The position numbers were made by a program, and so were the translations under genes. DNA of 64,000 nt. Origin: Eledone cirrhosa. Taxonomy: Eukaryota. The notes beneath the pieces are model-generated. The model saw only the letters and a program-made list of their open reading frames with translations. It was not told the DNA's origin and did no database searches. The stretch is taken from NCBI GenBank assembly GCA_964016885.1, contig OZ024741.1, forward strand, positions 316,200,001-316,264,000, in the 5' to 3' direction. Positions 14,101-27,300 of the stretch are shown piece by piece; position 1 is the stretch's first letter, and each line of letters opens with the position of its first letter.

Positions 14101-17100
14101 TGTTGGTGTTGGTGGTTGTGTTGGTGATGTTGGTGTTGGTTGTTGTATTAGTGATGTTGGTGTTGGTGGTTGTATTAGTGATGTTAGTGTTGGTGGTTGT
14201 ATTGGTGATGTTGGTGTTGGTTGTTGTATTGGTGATGTTGGTGTTGGTGGTTGAATTGGTGATGTTGGTGTTGGTTGTTGTATTGGGGATGTTGGTGTTG
14301 GTTGTTATATTGGTGATGTTGGTGTTGGTTGTTGTATTAGTGATGTTGGTGTTGGTGGTTATATTGGTGATGTTGGTGTTGGTTGTTGTATTAGTGATGT
14401 TGGTGTTGGTGGTTGTATTGGTGATGTTGGTGTTGGTGGTTGTATTGGTGATGTTGGTGTTGGTGGTTGTATTGGTGATATTGGTGTTGGTGGTTATATT
14501 AGTAATGTTGGTGTTGGTGGTTGTATTAGTGATGTTGGTGTTGGTGGTTGTATTGGTGATGTTGGTGTTGGTTGTTGTATTGGTGATGTTGGTGTTGGTT
14601 GTTGTATTGGTGATGTTGGTGTTGGTTGTTGTATTGGTGATGTTGGTGTTGGTTGTTGTATTGGTGATGTTGGTGTTGGTTGTTGTATTGGTGATGTTGA
14701 TGTTGGTGGTCGTATTGGTGATGTTGGTGTTAGTTGTTGTATTGGTGATGTTGGTGTTGGTTGTTGTATTGGTGATGTTGGTGTTGGTTGTTGTATTAGT
14801 GATGTTGGTGTTGGTTGTATTAGTGATGTTGGTGTTGGTTGTTGTATTGGTGATGTTGGTGTTGGTGGTTGTATTGGTGATGTTGGTGTTGGTTGTTGTA
14901 TTGGTGATGTTGGTGTTGGTTTGGTGGTGTTGGTGGTTGTATTAGTGATGTTGGTGTTGGTTGTTGTATTCGTGATGTTGGTGTTGGTGGTTGTATTGGT
15001 GATGTTGGTGTTGGTTGTTGTATTAGTGATGTTGGTGTTGGTTGTTGTATTGGTGATGTTGGTGTTGGTGGTTTTAATGTATTGGTGGTGTTGGTGGTTG
15101 TATTAGTGATGTTGGTGTTGGTTGTTGTATTGGTGATGTTGGTGTTGGTTGTTGTATTAGTGATGTTGGTGTTGGTTGTTGTATTGGTGATGTTGATGTT
15201 GGTGGTTGTATTAGTGATGTTGGTGTTGGTGGTTGTATTGGTGATGTTGGTGTTGGTGGTTGTATTAGTGATGTTGATGTTGGTTGTTGTATTGGTGATG
15301 CTGGTGTTGGTGGTTGTATTAGTGATGTTGGTGTTGGTTGTTGTATTGGTGATGTTGGTGTTGGTGGTTGTATTAGTGATGTTGGTGTTGGTTGTTGTAT
15401 TGGTGATGTTGGTGTTGGTGGTTGTATTGGTGATGTTGGTGTTGGTTGTTGTATTGGTGATGTTGGTGTTGATGGTTGTATTGGTGATGTTGGTGTTGGT
15501 TGTTGTATTGGTAATGTTGGTGTTGGTGGTTACATTAGTGATGTTGGTGTTGGTGGTTGTATTAGTGATGTTGGTGTTGGTTGTTGTATTGGTGATGTTG
15601 GTGTTGGTGGTTGTATTGGTGATGTTGGTGTTGGTTGTTGTATTGGTGATGTTGGTGTTGGTGGTTGTATTGGTGATGTTGGTGTTGGTGGTTGTATTAG
15701 TGATGTTGGTGTTGGTGGTTGTATTAGTGATGTTGGTGTTGGTGGTTGTATTGGTGATGTTGGTGTTGGTTGTTGTATTAGTGATGTTGGTGTTGGTGGT
15801 TGTATTGGTGATGTTGGTGTTGGTGGTTGTATTAGTGATGTTGGTGTTGGTGGTTGTATTGGTGATGTTGGTGTTGGTTGTTGTATTGGTGATGTTGGTG
15901 GTTGTATTGGTGATGTTGGTGTTGGTTGTTGTATTAGTGATGTTGGTGTTGGTGGTTGTATTGGTGATGTTGGTGTTGGTGGTTGTATTAGTAATGTTGG
16001 TGTTGGTGGTTGTATTGGTGATGTTGGTGTTGGTTGTTGTATTAGTGATGTTGGTGTTGGTGGTTGTATTGGTGATGTTGGTGTTGGTGGTTGTATTAGT
16101 GATGTTGGTGTTGGTGGTTGTATTGGTGATGTTGGTGTTGGTGGTTATATTGGTGATGTTGGTGTTGGTTGTTGTATTTGTGATGTTGGTGTTGGTTGTT
16201 GTATTAGTGATGTTGGTGTTGGTGGTTGTATTAGTGATGTTGGTGTTGGTGGTTGTATTGGTGATGTTGGTGTTGGTTGTTGTATTGGTGATGTTGGTGG
16301 TTGTATTGGTGATATTGGTGTTGGTTGTTGTATTGGTGATGTTGGTGTTGGTTGTTGCATTAGTGATGTTGGTGTTTGTGGTTGTATTAGTGATGTTGGT
16401 GTTGGTGGTTGTATTAGTGATGTTGGTGTTGGTGGTTGTATTAGTGATGTTGGTGTTGGTTGTTGTATTGGTGATGTTGGTGTTGGTGGTTGAATTGGTG
16501 ATGTTGGTGTTGGTTGTTGTATTGGGGATGTTGGTGTTGGTTGTTATATTGGTGATGTTGGTGTTGGTTGTTGTATTAGTGATGTTGGTGTTGGTGGTTA
16601 TATTGGTGATGTTGGTGTTGGTTGTTGTATTAGTGATGTTGGTGTTGGTGGTTGTATTGGTGATGTTGGTGTTGGTGGTTGTATTGGTGATGTTGGTGTT
16701 GGTGGTTGTATTGGTGATATTGGTGTTGGTGGTTATATTAGTAATGTTGGTGTTGGTGGTTGTATTAGTGATGTGGTGTTGGTGGTTGTATTGGTGATGT
16801 TGGTGTTGGTTGTTGTATTGGTGATGTTGGTGTTGGTTGTTGTATTGGTGATGTTGGTGTTGGTTGTTGTATTGGTGATGTTGGTGTTGGTTGTTGTATT
16901 GGTGATGATGGTGTTGGTTGTTGTATTGGTGATGTTGATGTTGGTGGTTGTATTGGTGATGTTGGTGTTAGTTGTTGTATTGGTGATGTTGGTGTTGGTT
17001 GATGTATTGGTGATGTTGGTGTTGGTTGTTGTATTAGTGATGTTGGTGTTGGTTGTATTAGTGATGTTGGTGTTGGTTGTTGTATTGGTGATGTTGGTGT

Positions 17101-20100
17101 TGGTGGTTGTATTGGTGATGTTGGTGTTGGTTGTTGTATTGGTGATGTTGGTGTTGGTTTGGTGGTGTTGGTGGTTGTATTAGTGATGTTGGTGTTGGTT
17201 GTTGTATTCGTGATGTTGGTGTTGGTGGTTGTATTGGTGATGTTGGTGTTGGTTGTTGTATTGGTGATGTTGGTGTTGGTTTGGTGGTGTTGGTTGTTGT
17301 ATTAGTGATGTTGGTGTTGGTGGTTGTATTAGTGATGTTGGTGTTGGTTGTTGTATTGGTGATGTTGGTGTTGGTTGTTGTATTAGTGATGTTGGTGTTG
17401 GTTGTTGTATTGGTGATGTTGATGTTGGTGGTTGTATTAGTGATGTTGGTGTTGGTGGTTGTATTGGTGATGTTGGTGTTGGTGGTTGTATTAGTGATGT
17501 TGATGTTGGTTGTTGTATTGGTGATGTTGGTGTTGGTGGTTGTATTAGTGATGTTGGTGTTGGTTGTTGTATTGGTGATGTTGGTGTTGGTGGTTGTATT
17601 GGTGATGTTGGTGTTGGTGGTTGTATTGGTGATGTTGGTGTTGGTGGTTATATTGGTGATGTTGGTGTTGGTTGTTGTATTGGTGATGTTGGTGTTGGTT
17701 GTTGTATTAGTGATGTTGGTGTTGGTGGTTGTATTGGTGATGTTGGTGTTGGTGGTTATATTGGTGATGTTGGTGTTGGTTGTTGTATTGGTGATGTTGG
17801 TGTTGGTTGTTGTATTAGTGATGTTGGTGTTGGTGGTTGTATTAGTGATGTTGGTGTTGGTGGTTGTATTGGTGATGTTGGTGTTGGTTGTTGTATTGGT
17901 GATGTTGGTGGTTGTATTGGTGATGTTGGTGTTGGTTGTTGTATTGGTGATGTTGGTGTTGGTTGTTGCATTAGTGATGTTGGTGTTTGTGGTTGTATTA
18001 GTGATGTTGGTGTTGGTGGTTGTATTGGTGATGTTGGTGTTGGTTGTTGTATTGGTGATGTTGGTGTTGGTTGTTGTATTAGTGATGTTGGTGTTGGTGG
18101 TTGTATTAGTGATGTTGGTGTTGGTGGTTGTATTAGTGATGTTGGTGTTGGTGGTTGTATTAGTGATGTTGGTGTTGGTGGTTGTATTAGTGATGTTGGT
18201 GTTGGTTGTTGTATTAGTGATGTTGGTGTTGCTGGTTGTATTGTTGATGTTGGTGTTGGTTGTTGAATTAGTGATGTTGGTGTTGGTGGTTGTATTAGTG
18301 ATGTTGGTGTTGGTGGTTGTATTGGTGATGTTGGTGTTGGTGGTTGTATTAGTGATGTTGGTGTTGGTGGTTGTGTTGGTGATGTTGGTGTTGGTGGTTG
18401 TATTAGTGATGTTGGTGTTGGTGGTTGTATTGGTGATGTTGGTGTTGGTTATTGTATTGGTGATGTTGATGTTGGTTGTTGTATTGGTGATGTTGGTGTT
18501 GGTTGTTGTATTGGTGATGTTGCTGTTGTTGGTTGTATTAGTGATGTTGGTGTTGGTTGTTGTATTGGTGATGTTGGTGTTGGTTGTTGTATTAGTGATA
18601 TTGGTGTTGGTGGTTATATTAGTGATGTTGGTGTTGGTGGTTGTATTGGTGATGTTGGTGTTGGTGGTTGTATTAGTGATGTTGGTGTTGGTGGTTGTAT
18701 TGGTGATGTTGGTGTTGGTTGTTTTATTGGTGATGTTGGTGTTGGTTCTTATATTAGTGATATTGGTGTTGGTGGTTATATTAGTGATGTTGGTGTTGGT
18801 GGTTGTTATAGTGATGTTGGTGTTGGTTGTTGTATTAGTGATGTTGGTGTTGGTGGTTGTGTTGGTGATGTTGGTGTTGGTGGTTGTATTAGTGATGTTG
18901 GTGTTGGTGGTTGAATTGGTGATGTTGGTGTTGGTTCTTGTATTGGTGATGTTGGTGTTGGTGGTTGTATTGGTGATATTGGTGTTGGTGGTTGTATTGG
19001 TGATGTTGGTGTTGGTGGTTGTATTAGTGATGTTGGTGTTGGTGGTTGTATTGGTGATGTTGGTGTTGGTTGTTTTATTGGTGATGTTGGTGTTGGTTCT
19101 TGTATTAGTGATATTGGTGTTGGTGGTTATATTAGTGATGTTGGTGTTGGTGGTTGTATTAGTGATGTTGGTGTTGGTTGTTGTATTAGTGATGTTGGTG
19201 TTAGTGATTGTTTTGGTGATGTTGGTGTTGGTGGTTGTATTAGTGATGTTGGTGTTGGTGGTTGAATTGGTGATGTTGGTGTTGGTTCTTGTATTGGTGA
19301 TGTTGGTGTTGGTGGTTGTATTGGTGATATTGGTGTTGGTGGTTGTATTAGTGATGTTGGTGTTGGTGGTTGTGTTGGTGATGTTGGTGTTGGTGGTTGT
19401 ATTGGTGATATTGGTGTTGGTGGTTGTATTAGTGATGTTGGTGTTGGTGGTTGTATTAGTGATGTTGGTGTTGGTGGTTGTATTAGTGATGTTGGTGTTG
19501 GTTGTTGTATTAGTGATGTTGGTGTTGCTGGTTGTATTGTTGATGTTGGTGTTGGTTGTTGAATTAGTGATGTTGGTGTTGGTGGTTGTATTGGTGATGT
19601 TGGTGTTGGTGGTTGTATTAGTGATGTTGGTGTTGGTGGTTGTGTTGGTGATGTTGGTGTTGGTGGTTGTATTAGTGATGTTGGTGTTGGTGGTTGTATT
19701 GGTGATGTTGGTGTTGGTTATTGTATTGGTGATGTTGGTGTTGGTTGTTGTATTGGTGATGTTGGTGTTGGTTGTTGTATTGGTGATGTTGGTGTTGTTG
19801 GTTGTATTAGTGATATTGGTGTTGGTGGTTATATTAGTGATGTTGGTGTTGGTGGTTGTATTGGTGATGTTGGTGTTGGTTGTTGTATTGGTGATGTTGG
19901 TGTTGGTTGTTGTATTAGTGATATTGGTGTTGGTGTTTATATTAGTGATGTTGGTGTTGGTGGTTGTATTGGTGATGTTGGTGTTGGTAGTTGTATTAGT
20001 GATGTTGGTGTTGGTGGTTGTATTGGTGATGTTGGTGTTGGTGGTTGTATTAGTGATATTGGTGTTGGTGGTTATATTAGTGATGTTGGTGTTGGTGGTT

Positions 20101-23100
20101 GTATTGGTGATGTTGGTGTTGGTGGTTGTATTAGTGATGTTGGTGTTGGTTGTTGTATTGGTGATGTTGGTGTTGGTTGTTGTATTAGTGATATTGGTGT
20201 TGGTGGTTATATTAATGATGTTGGTGTTGGTGGTTGTATTGGTGATGTTGGTGTTGGTGGTTGTATTAGTGATGTTGGTGTTGGTGGTTGTATTGGTGAT
20301 GTTGGTGTTGGTTGTTTTATTGGTGATGTTGGTATTGGTTCTTGTATTAGTGATATTGGTGTTGGTGGTTATATTAGTGATGTTGGTGTTGGTGGTTGTT
20401 ATATTGATGTTGGTGTTGGTTGTTGTATTAGTGATGTTGGTGTTGGTGGTTATGTTGGTGATGTTGGTGTTGGTGGTTGTATTAGTGATGTTGGTGTTGG
20501 TGGTTGAATTGGTGATGTTGGTGTTGGTTCTTGTATTGGTGATGTTGGTGTTGGTGGTTGTATTGGTGATATTGGTGTTGGTGGTTGTATTGGTGATGTT
20601 GGTGTTGGTGGTTGTATTAGTGATGTTGGTGTTGGTGGTTGTATTGGTGATGTTGGTGTTGGTTGTTTTATTAGTGATGTTGGTGTTGGTGGTTGAATTG
20701 GTGATGTTGGTGTTGGTTCTTGTATTGGTGATGTTGGTGTTGGTGGTTGTATTGGTGATATTGGTGTTGGTGGTTGTATTAGTGATGTTGGTGTTGGTGG
20801 TTGTGTTGGTGATGTTGGTGTTGGTGGTTGTATTGGTGATATTGGTGTTGGTGGTTGTATTAGTGATGTTGGTGTTGGTGGTTGTATTAGTGATGTTGGT
20901 GTTGGTGGTTGTATTAGTGATGTTGGTGTTGGTTGTTGTATTAGTGATGTTGGTGTTGCTGGTTGTATTGTTGATGTTGGTGTTGGTTTGGTGGTGTTGG
21001 TGGTTGTATTAGTGATGTTGGTGTTGGTGGTTGTGTTGGTGATGTTGGTGTTGGTGGTTGTATTAGTGATGTTGGTGTTGGTGGTTGTATTGGTGATGTT
21101 GGTGTTGGTTATTGTATTGGTGATGTTGGTGTTGGTTGTTGTATTGGTGATGTTGGTGTTGGTTGTTGTATTGGTGATGTTGGTGTTGTTGGTTGTATTA
21201 GTGATGTTGGTGTTGGTTGTTGTATTGGTGATGTTGGTGTTGGTTGTTGTATTGGTGATGTTGGTGTTGTTGGTTGAATTAGTGATGTTGGTGTTGGTGG
21301 TTGTATTAGTGATGTTGGTGTTGGTGATTGTATTGGTGATGTTGGTGTTGGTGGTTGTATTAGTGATGTTGGTGTTGGTGGTTGTGTTGGTGATGTTGGT
21401 GTTGGTGGTTGTATTAGTGATGTTGGTGTTGGTGGTTGTATTGGTGATGTTGGTGTTGGTTATTGTATTGGTGATGTTGGTGTTGGTTGTTGTATTGGTG
21501 ATGTTGGTGTTGGTTGTTGTATTGGTGATGTTGGTGTTGTTGGTTGTATTAGTGATGTTGGTGTTGGTTGTTGTATTGGTGATGTTGGTGTTGGTTGTTG
21601 TATTAGTGATATTGGTGTTGGTGGTTATATTAGTGATGTTGGTGTTGGTGGTTGTATTGATGTTGGTGTTGGTGGTTGTATTAGTGATGTTGGTGTTGGT
21701 GGTTGTATTGGTGATGTTGGTGTTGGTTGTTTTATTGGTGATGTTGGTGTTGGTTCTTGTATTAGTGATATTGGTGTTGGTGGTTATATTAGTGATGTTG
21801 GTGTTGGTGGTTGTTATAGTGATGTTGGTGTTGGTTGTTGTATTAGTGATGTTGGTGTTGGTGGTTGTGTTGGTGATGTTGGTGTTGGTGGTTGTGTTAG
21901 TGATGTTGGTGTTGGTGGTTGAATTGGTGATGTTGGTGTTGGTTCTTGTATTGGTGATGTTGGTGTTGGTGGTTGTATTGGTGATATTGGTGTTGGTGGT
22001 TGTATTAGTGATGTTGGTGTTGGTGGTTGTGTTGGTGATGTTGGTGTTGGTGGTTGTATTGGTGATATTGGTGTTGGTGGTTGTATTAGTGATGTTGGTG
22101 TTGGTGGTTGTATTGGTGATGTTGGTGTTGGTGGTTATATTAGTGATGTTGGTGTTGGTGGTTGTATTAGTGATGTTGGTGTTGGTGGTTGTATTAGTGA
22201 TGTTGGTGTTGGTGGTTATATTGGTGATGTTGGTGTTGGTGGTTATATTGGTGATGTTGGTGTTGGTGGTTGTATTGGTGATATTGGTGTTGGTGGTTGT
22301 ATTAGTGATGTTGGTGTTGGTGGTTATATTGGTGATGTTGGTGTTGGTGGTTGTATTGGTGATGTTGGTGTTGGTTATTGTATTGGTGATGTTGGTGTTG
22401 GTTGTTGTATTGGTGATGTTGGTGTTGGTTGTTGTATTGGTGATGTTGGTGTTGGTTGTTGTATTGGTGATGTTGGTGTTGTTGGTTGTATTAGTGATGT
22501 TGGTGTTGGTTGTTGTATTGGTGATGTTGGTGTTGGTTGTTGTATTAGTGATATTGGTGTTGGTGGTTATATTAGTGATGTTGGTGTTGGTGGTTGTATT
22601 AGTGATGTTGGTGTTGTTGGTTGTATTAGTGATGTTGGTGTTGGTTGTTTTATTGGTGATGTTGGTGTTGGTTCTTGTATTAGTGATATTGGTGTTGGTG
22701 GTTATATTAGTGATGTTGGTGTTGGTGGTTGTTATAGTGATGTTGGTGTTGGTTGTTGTATTAGTGATGTTGGTGTTGGTGGTTGTGTTGGTGATGTTGG
22801 TGTTGGTGGTTGTATTAGTGATGTTGGTGTTGGTGGTTGAATTGGTGATGTTGGTGTTGGTTCTTGTATTGGTGATGTTGGTGTTGGTGGTTGTATTGGT
22901 GATATTGGTGTTGGTGGTTGTATTGGTGATGTTGGTGTTGGTGGTTGTATTAGTGATGTTGGTGTTGGTGGTTGTATTGGTGATGTTGGTGTTGGTTGTT
23001 TTATTGGTGATGTTGGTGTTGGTTCTTGTATTAGTGATATTGGTGTTGGTGGTTATATTAGTGATGTTGGTGTTGGTTCTTGTATTAGTGATATTGGTGT

Positions 23101-24331
23101 TGGTTGTTGTATTAGTGATGTTGGTGTTGGTGGTTGTTTTGGTGATGTTGGTGTTGGTGGTTGTATTAGTGATGTTGGTGTTGGTGGTTGAATTGGTGAT
23201 GTTGGTGTTGGTTCTTGTATTGGTGATGTTGGTGTTGGTGGTTGTATTGGTGATATTGGTGTTAGTGGTTGTATTAGTGATGTTGGTGTTGGTGGTTGTG
23301 TTGGTGATGTTGGTGTTGGTGGTTGTATTGGTGATATTGGTGTTGGTGGTTGTATTAGTGATGTTGGTGTTGGTGGTTGTATTGGTGATGTTGGTGTTGG
23401 TGGTTATATTAGTGATGTTGGTGTTGGTGGTTGTATTAGTGATGTTGGTGTTGGTGGTTGTATTAGTGATGTTGGTGTTGGTGGTTATATTGGTGATGTT
23501 GGTGTTGGTGGTTATATTGGTGATGTTGGTGGTTGTATTGGTGATATTGGTGTTGGTGGTTGTATTAGTGATGTTGGTGTTGGTGGTTATATTGGTGATG
23601 TTGGTGTTGGTGGTTGTATTGGTGATATTGGTGTTGGTTGTATTAGTGATATTGGTGTTGGTGGTTATATTGCTGATGTTGGTGTTGGTGGTTATATTGG
23701 TGATATTGGTGTTGGTGGTTGTATTAGTGATGTTGGTGTTGCTGGTTGTGTTGGTGATGTTGGTGTTGATGGTTGTATTGGTGATATTGGTGTTGGTGGT
23801 TGTATTAGTGATGTTGGTGTTGGTGGTTGTGTTGGTGATGTTGGTGTTGGTGGTTGTATTGGTGATGTTGGTGTTGGTTGTTGTGTTGGTGATGTTGGTG
23901 TTGGTTGTTGTGTTGATGTTGGTGTTGGTGGTTGTATTGGTGATGTTGGTGTTGGTTGTTGTGTTGGTGATGTTGGTGTTGGTGGTTGTATTAGTAATGT
24001 TGGTGTTGCTGGTTGTGTTGGTGATGTTGGTGTTGGTGGTTGTATTGGTGATATTGGTGTTGGTGGTTGTATTAGTGATGTTGGTGTTGGTGGTTGTATT
24101 GGTGATGTTGGTGTTGGTGGTTGTATTGGTGATATTGGTGTTGGTGGTTGTATTAGTGATGTTGGTGTTGGTGGTTGTGTTGGTGATGTTGGTGTTGGTT
24201 GTTGTGTTGGTGATGTTGGTGTTGGTTGTTGTGTTGGTGATGTTGGTGTTGGTTGTTGTATTACTGATGTTGGTGTTGGTGATTGTATTGGTGATGTTGG
24301 TGTTGGTTGTTGTGTTGGTGATGTTGGTGTT
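8188..24331. repeat. 27-bp minisatellite array (GGTGATGTTGGTGTTGGTGGTTGTATT)n, ~16.1 kb, ~600 units
   Basis: Direct reading; variants GGT/AGT, GGT/TGT and 21/24-bp units. Confidence 0.97.
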
Positions 24332-27300
24332 GCAGTTCTTTGCTATCGCTGCTGTTACTGTTCTTTGCTATTGCTGCTGTTGCAGTTCTTTGCTATTGCT
24401 GCTGTTACTCTTCTTTGCTATTTCTGCTGTTGCAGTTCTTTCCTATTGCTGCTGTTACTGTTCTTTGCTATTGCTGCTGTTGCAGTTCTTTGCTATTGCT
24501 GCTGTTACTCTTCTTTGCTATGGCTGCTGTTGCAGTTCTTTGCTATTGTTGCTGTTGCATTTCTTTGCTATAGCTGCTGTTACTCTTCTTTGCGATAGCT
24601 GCTGTTTCAGTTCTTAGCTATTGCTGCTGCTACTGTTCTTTGCTATGGCTGCTGTTGCAGTTCTTTGCTATTGCTGCTGTTGCAGTTCTTTGCTATTGCT
24701 GCTGTTACTGTTCTTTGCTATTGCTGATGTTGCAGTTTTTTGCTATTGCTGCTGCTACTGTTCTTTGCTATTGCTGCTGTTGCTGTTCTTTGCTATTGCT
24801 GCTGTTACTGTTCTTTGCTATTGCTGCTGTTACTGTTCTTTGCTATTGCTGCTGTTACTGTTCTTTGCTATGGCTGCTGTTGCAGTTCTTTGCTATTGCT
24901 GCTGTTACTGTTCTTTGCTATTGCTGCTGTTACTGTTCTTTGCTATTGCTGCTGTTACTGTTCTTTGCGATGGCTGCTGTTGCAGTTCTTTGCTATTGCT
25001 GCTGTTACTGTTCTTTGCTATTGCTGCTGTTGCAGTTCTTTGCTATTGCTGCTGTTACTCTTCTTTGCTATTGCTGCTGTTACTGTTCTTTGCTATTGCT
25101 GCTGTTCCTGTTCTTTGCTATTGCTGCTGTTGCTGTTCTTTGCTATTGCTGCTGTTGCAGTACTTTGATATTGCTGCTGTTATTGTTCTTTGCTATTGCT
25201 GCTGTTACTGTTCTTTGCTACTGCTGCTGTTGCTGTTCTTTGTTATTGCTGCTGTTACTGTTCTTTGCTATTGCTGCTGATCTGTTCTTTGCTACTGCTG
25301 CTGCTGTTGCAGTTCTTTCTTATTGCTGCTGTTACTGTTCTTTGCTATTGCTGCTGTTCTGTTCTTTGCTATTGCTGCTGTCGATGTTCTTTGCTATTGC
25401 TGCTGTTACTGTTCTTTGCTATTGCTGCTGTTACTGTTCTTTGCTATTGCTGCTGTTGCAGTTCTTTGCTATTGCTGCTGTTACTGTTCTTTGCTATTGC
25501 TGCTGTTACTGTTCTTTGCTATTGCTGCTGTTACTGTTCATTGCTATTGCTGCTGTTGCTGTTCTTTGCTATTACTGCTGTTGCTGTTCTTTGCTATTGC
25601 TGCTGTTGCTGTTCTTTGCTATTGCTGCTGTTGCATTTATTTGCTATTACTGCTGTTGCTGTTCTTTGCAACTGCTGCTGTTATTGTTCTTTGCTATTGC
25701 TGCTGTTGCAGTTCTTTGCTATTGCTGCTGTTACTGTTCTTTGCTATTGCTGCTGTTACTGTTCTTTGCTATTGCTGCTGTTGCTGTTCTTTGCTATTGC
25801 TGCTGTTGCTGTTCTTTGCTATTGCTGCTGTTGCAGTTCTTTGCTATTGCTGCTGTTACTGTACTTTGCTATTGCTGCTGTTGCAGTTATTTGCTATTAC
25901 TGCTGTTGCTGTTCTTTGCAACTGCTGCTCATATTGTTCATTGCTATTGCTGCTGTTGATGTTCTTTGCTATTGCTGCTGTTACTGTTCTTTGCTATTGC
26001 TGCTGTTACTGTTCTTTGCTATTGCTGCTGTTGCATTTGTTTGCTATTACTGCTGTTGCTGTTCTTTGCAACTGCTGCTGTTATTGTTCTTTGCTATTGC
26101 TGCTGTTGCAGTTCTTTGCTATTGCTGCTGTTACTGTTCTTTGCTACTGCTGCTGCTACTGTTCTTTGCTATTGCTGCTGTTGCTGTTCTTTGCTATTGC
26201 TGCTTTTGCAGTTCTATGCTATTGTTGCTGTTACTGTTCTTTGCTATTGCTGCTGTTAATGTTCTTTGCTATTGCTGCTGTTGCAATTCTTTGCTATTGC
26301 TACTGTTACTGTTCTTTGCTATTGCTGCTGTTGCAGTTCTTTGCTATTGCTACTGTTACTGTTCTTTGCTATTGCTGCTGTTGCAGTTCTTTGCTATTGT
26401 TGCTGTTATTGTTCTTTGCTATTTCTGCTGTTGCAGTTCTTTGCTATTGTTGCTGTTATTGTTCTTTGCTATTGCTGCTGTTGCAGTTCTTTGCTATTGC
26501 TGCTGTTACTGTTCTTTGCTATTGCTGCTGTTACTGTTCTTTGCTATTGCTGCTTTCACAGTTCTTTGCTATTGCTGCTGTTGCTGTTCTTTGCTATAGC
26601 TGCTGTTATTGTTCTTTGATATTGCTGCTGTTGCAGTTCTTTGCTATTGCTGCTGTTACTCTTCTTTGCTATTGCTGCTGTTGCAGTTCTTTGCTATTGC
26701 TGCTGCTACTTTTCTTTGGTATTGCTGCTGTTGAAGTTCTTTGCTATTGCTGCTGTTACTGTTCTTTGCTATTGCTGCTGTTGCAGTTCTTTGCTATTGC
26801 TGCTGTTACTGTTCTTTGCTATTGCTGCTGTTACTGTTCTTTGCTATTGCTGCTTTTACTGTTCTTTGCTATTGCTGCTGTTGCAGTTCTTTGCTATTGC
26901 TGCTGTTATTGTTCTTTGCTATTGCTGCTGTTGCAGTTCTTTGCTGTTGCTGCTGTTACTTTTCTTTGCTATTGCTGCTGTTGAAGTTCTTTGCTATTGC
27001 TGCTGTTACTGTTCTTTGCTATTGCTGCTGTTGCAGTTCTTTGCTATTGCTGCTGTTACTGTTCTTTGCTATTGCTGCTGTTACTGTTCTTTGCTATTGC
27101 TGCTGTTACTGTTCTTTGCTATTGCTGCTGTTGCAGTTCTTTACTATTGTTGCTGTTACTATTCTTTGCTATTGCTGCTGTTGCAGTTCTTTGCTATTGC
27201 TGCTGTTACTGTTCTTTGCTATTGCTGCTGTTACTGTTCTTTGCTATTGCTGCTTTTACTGTTCTTTGCTATTGCTGCTGTTGCAGTTCTTTGCTATTGC

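Noticed and set aside
8097-24617. Long ORFs such as GDVGVGGCI and VMLVLVVVL repeats
   Set aside because: Translations of the 27-bp array. The 456-aa ORF starts in antisense Tx1 sequence, is broken by recurrent TGA variants and has no unique domain.
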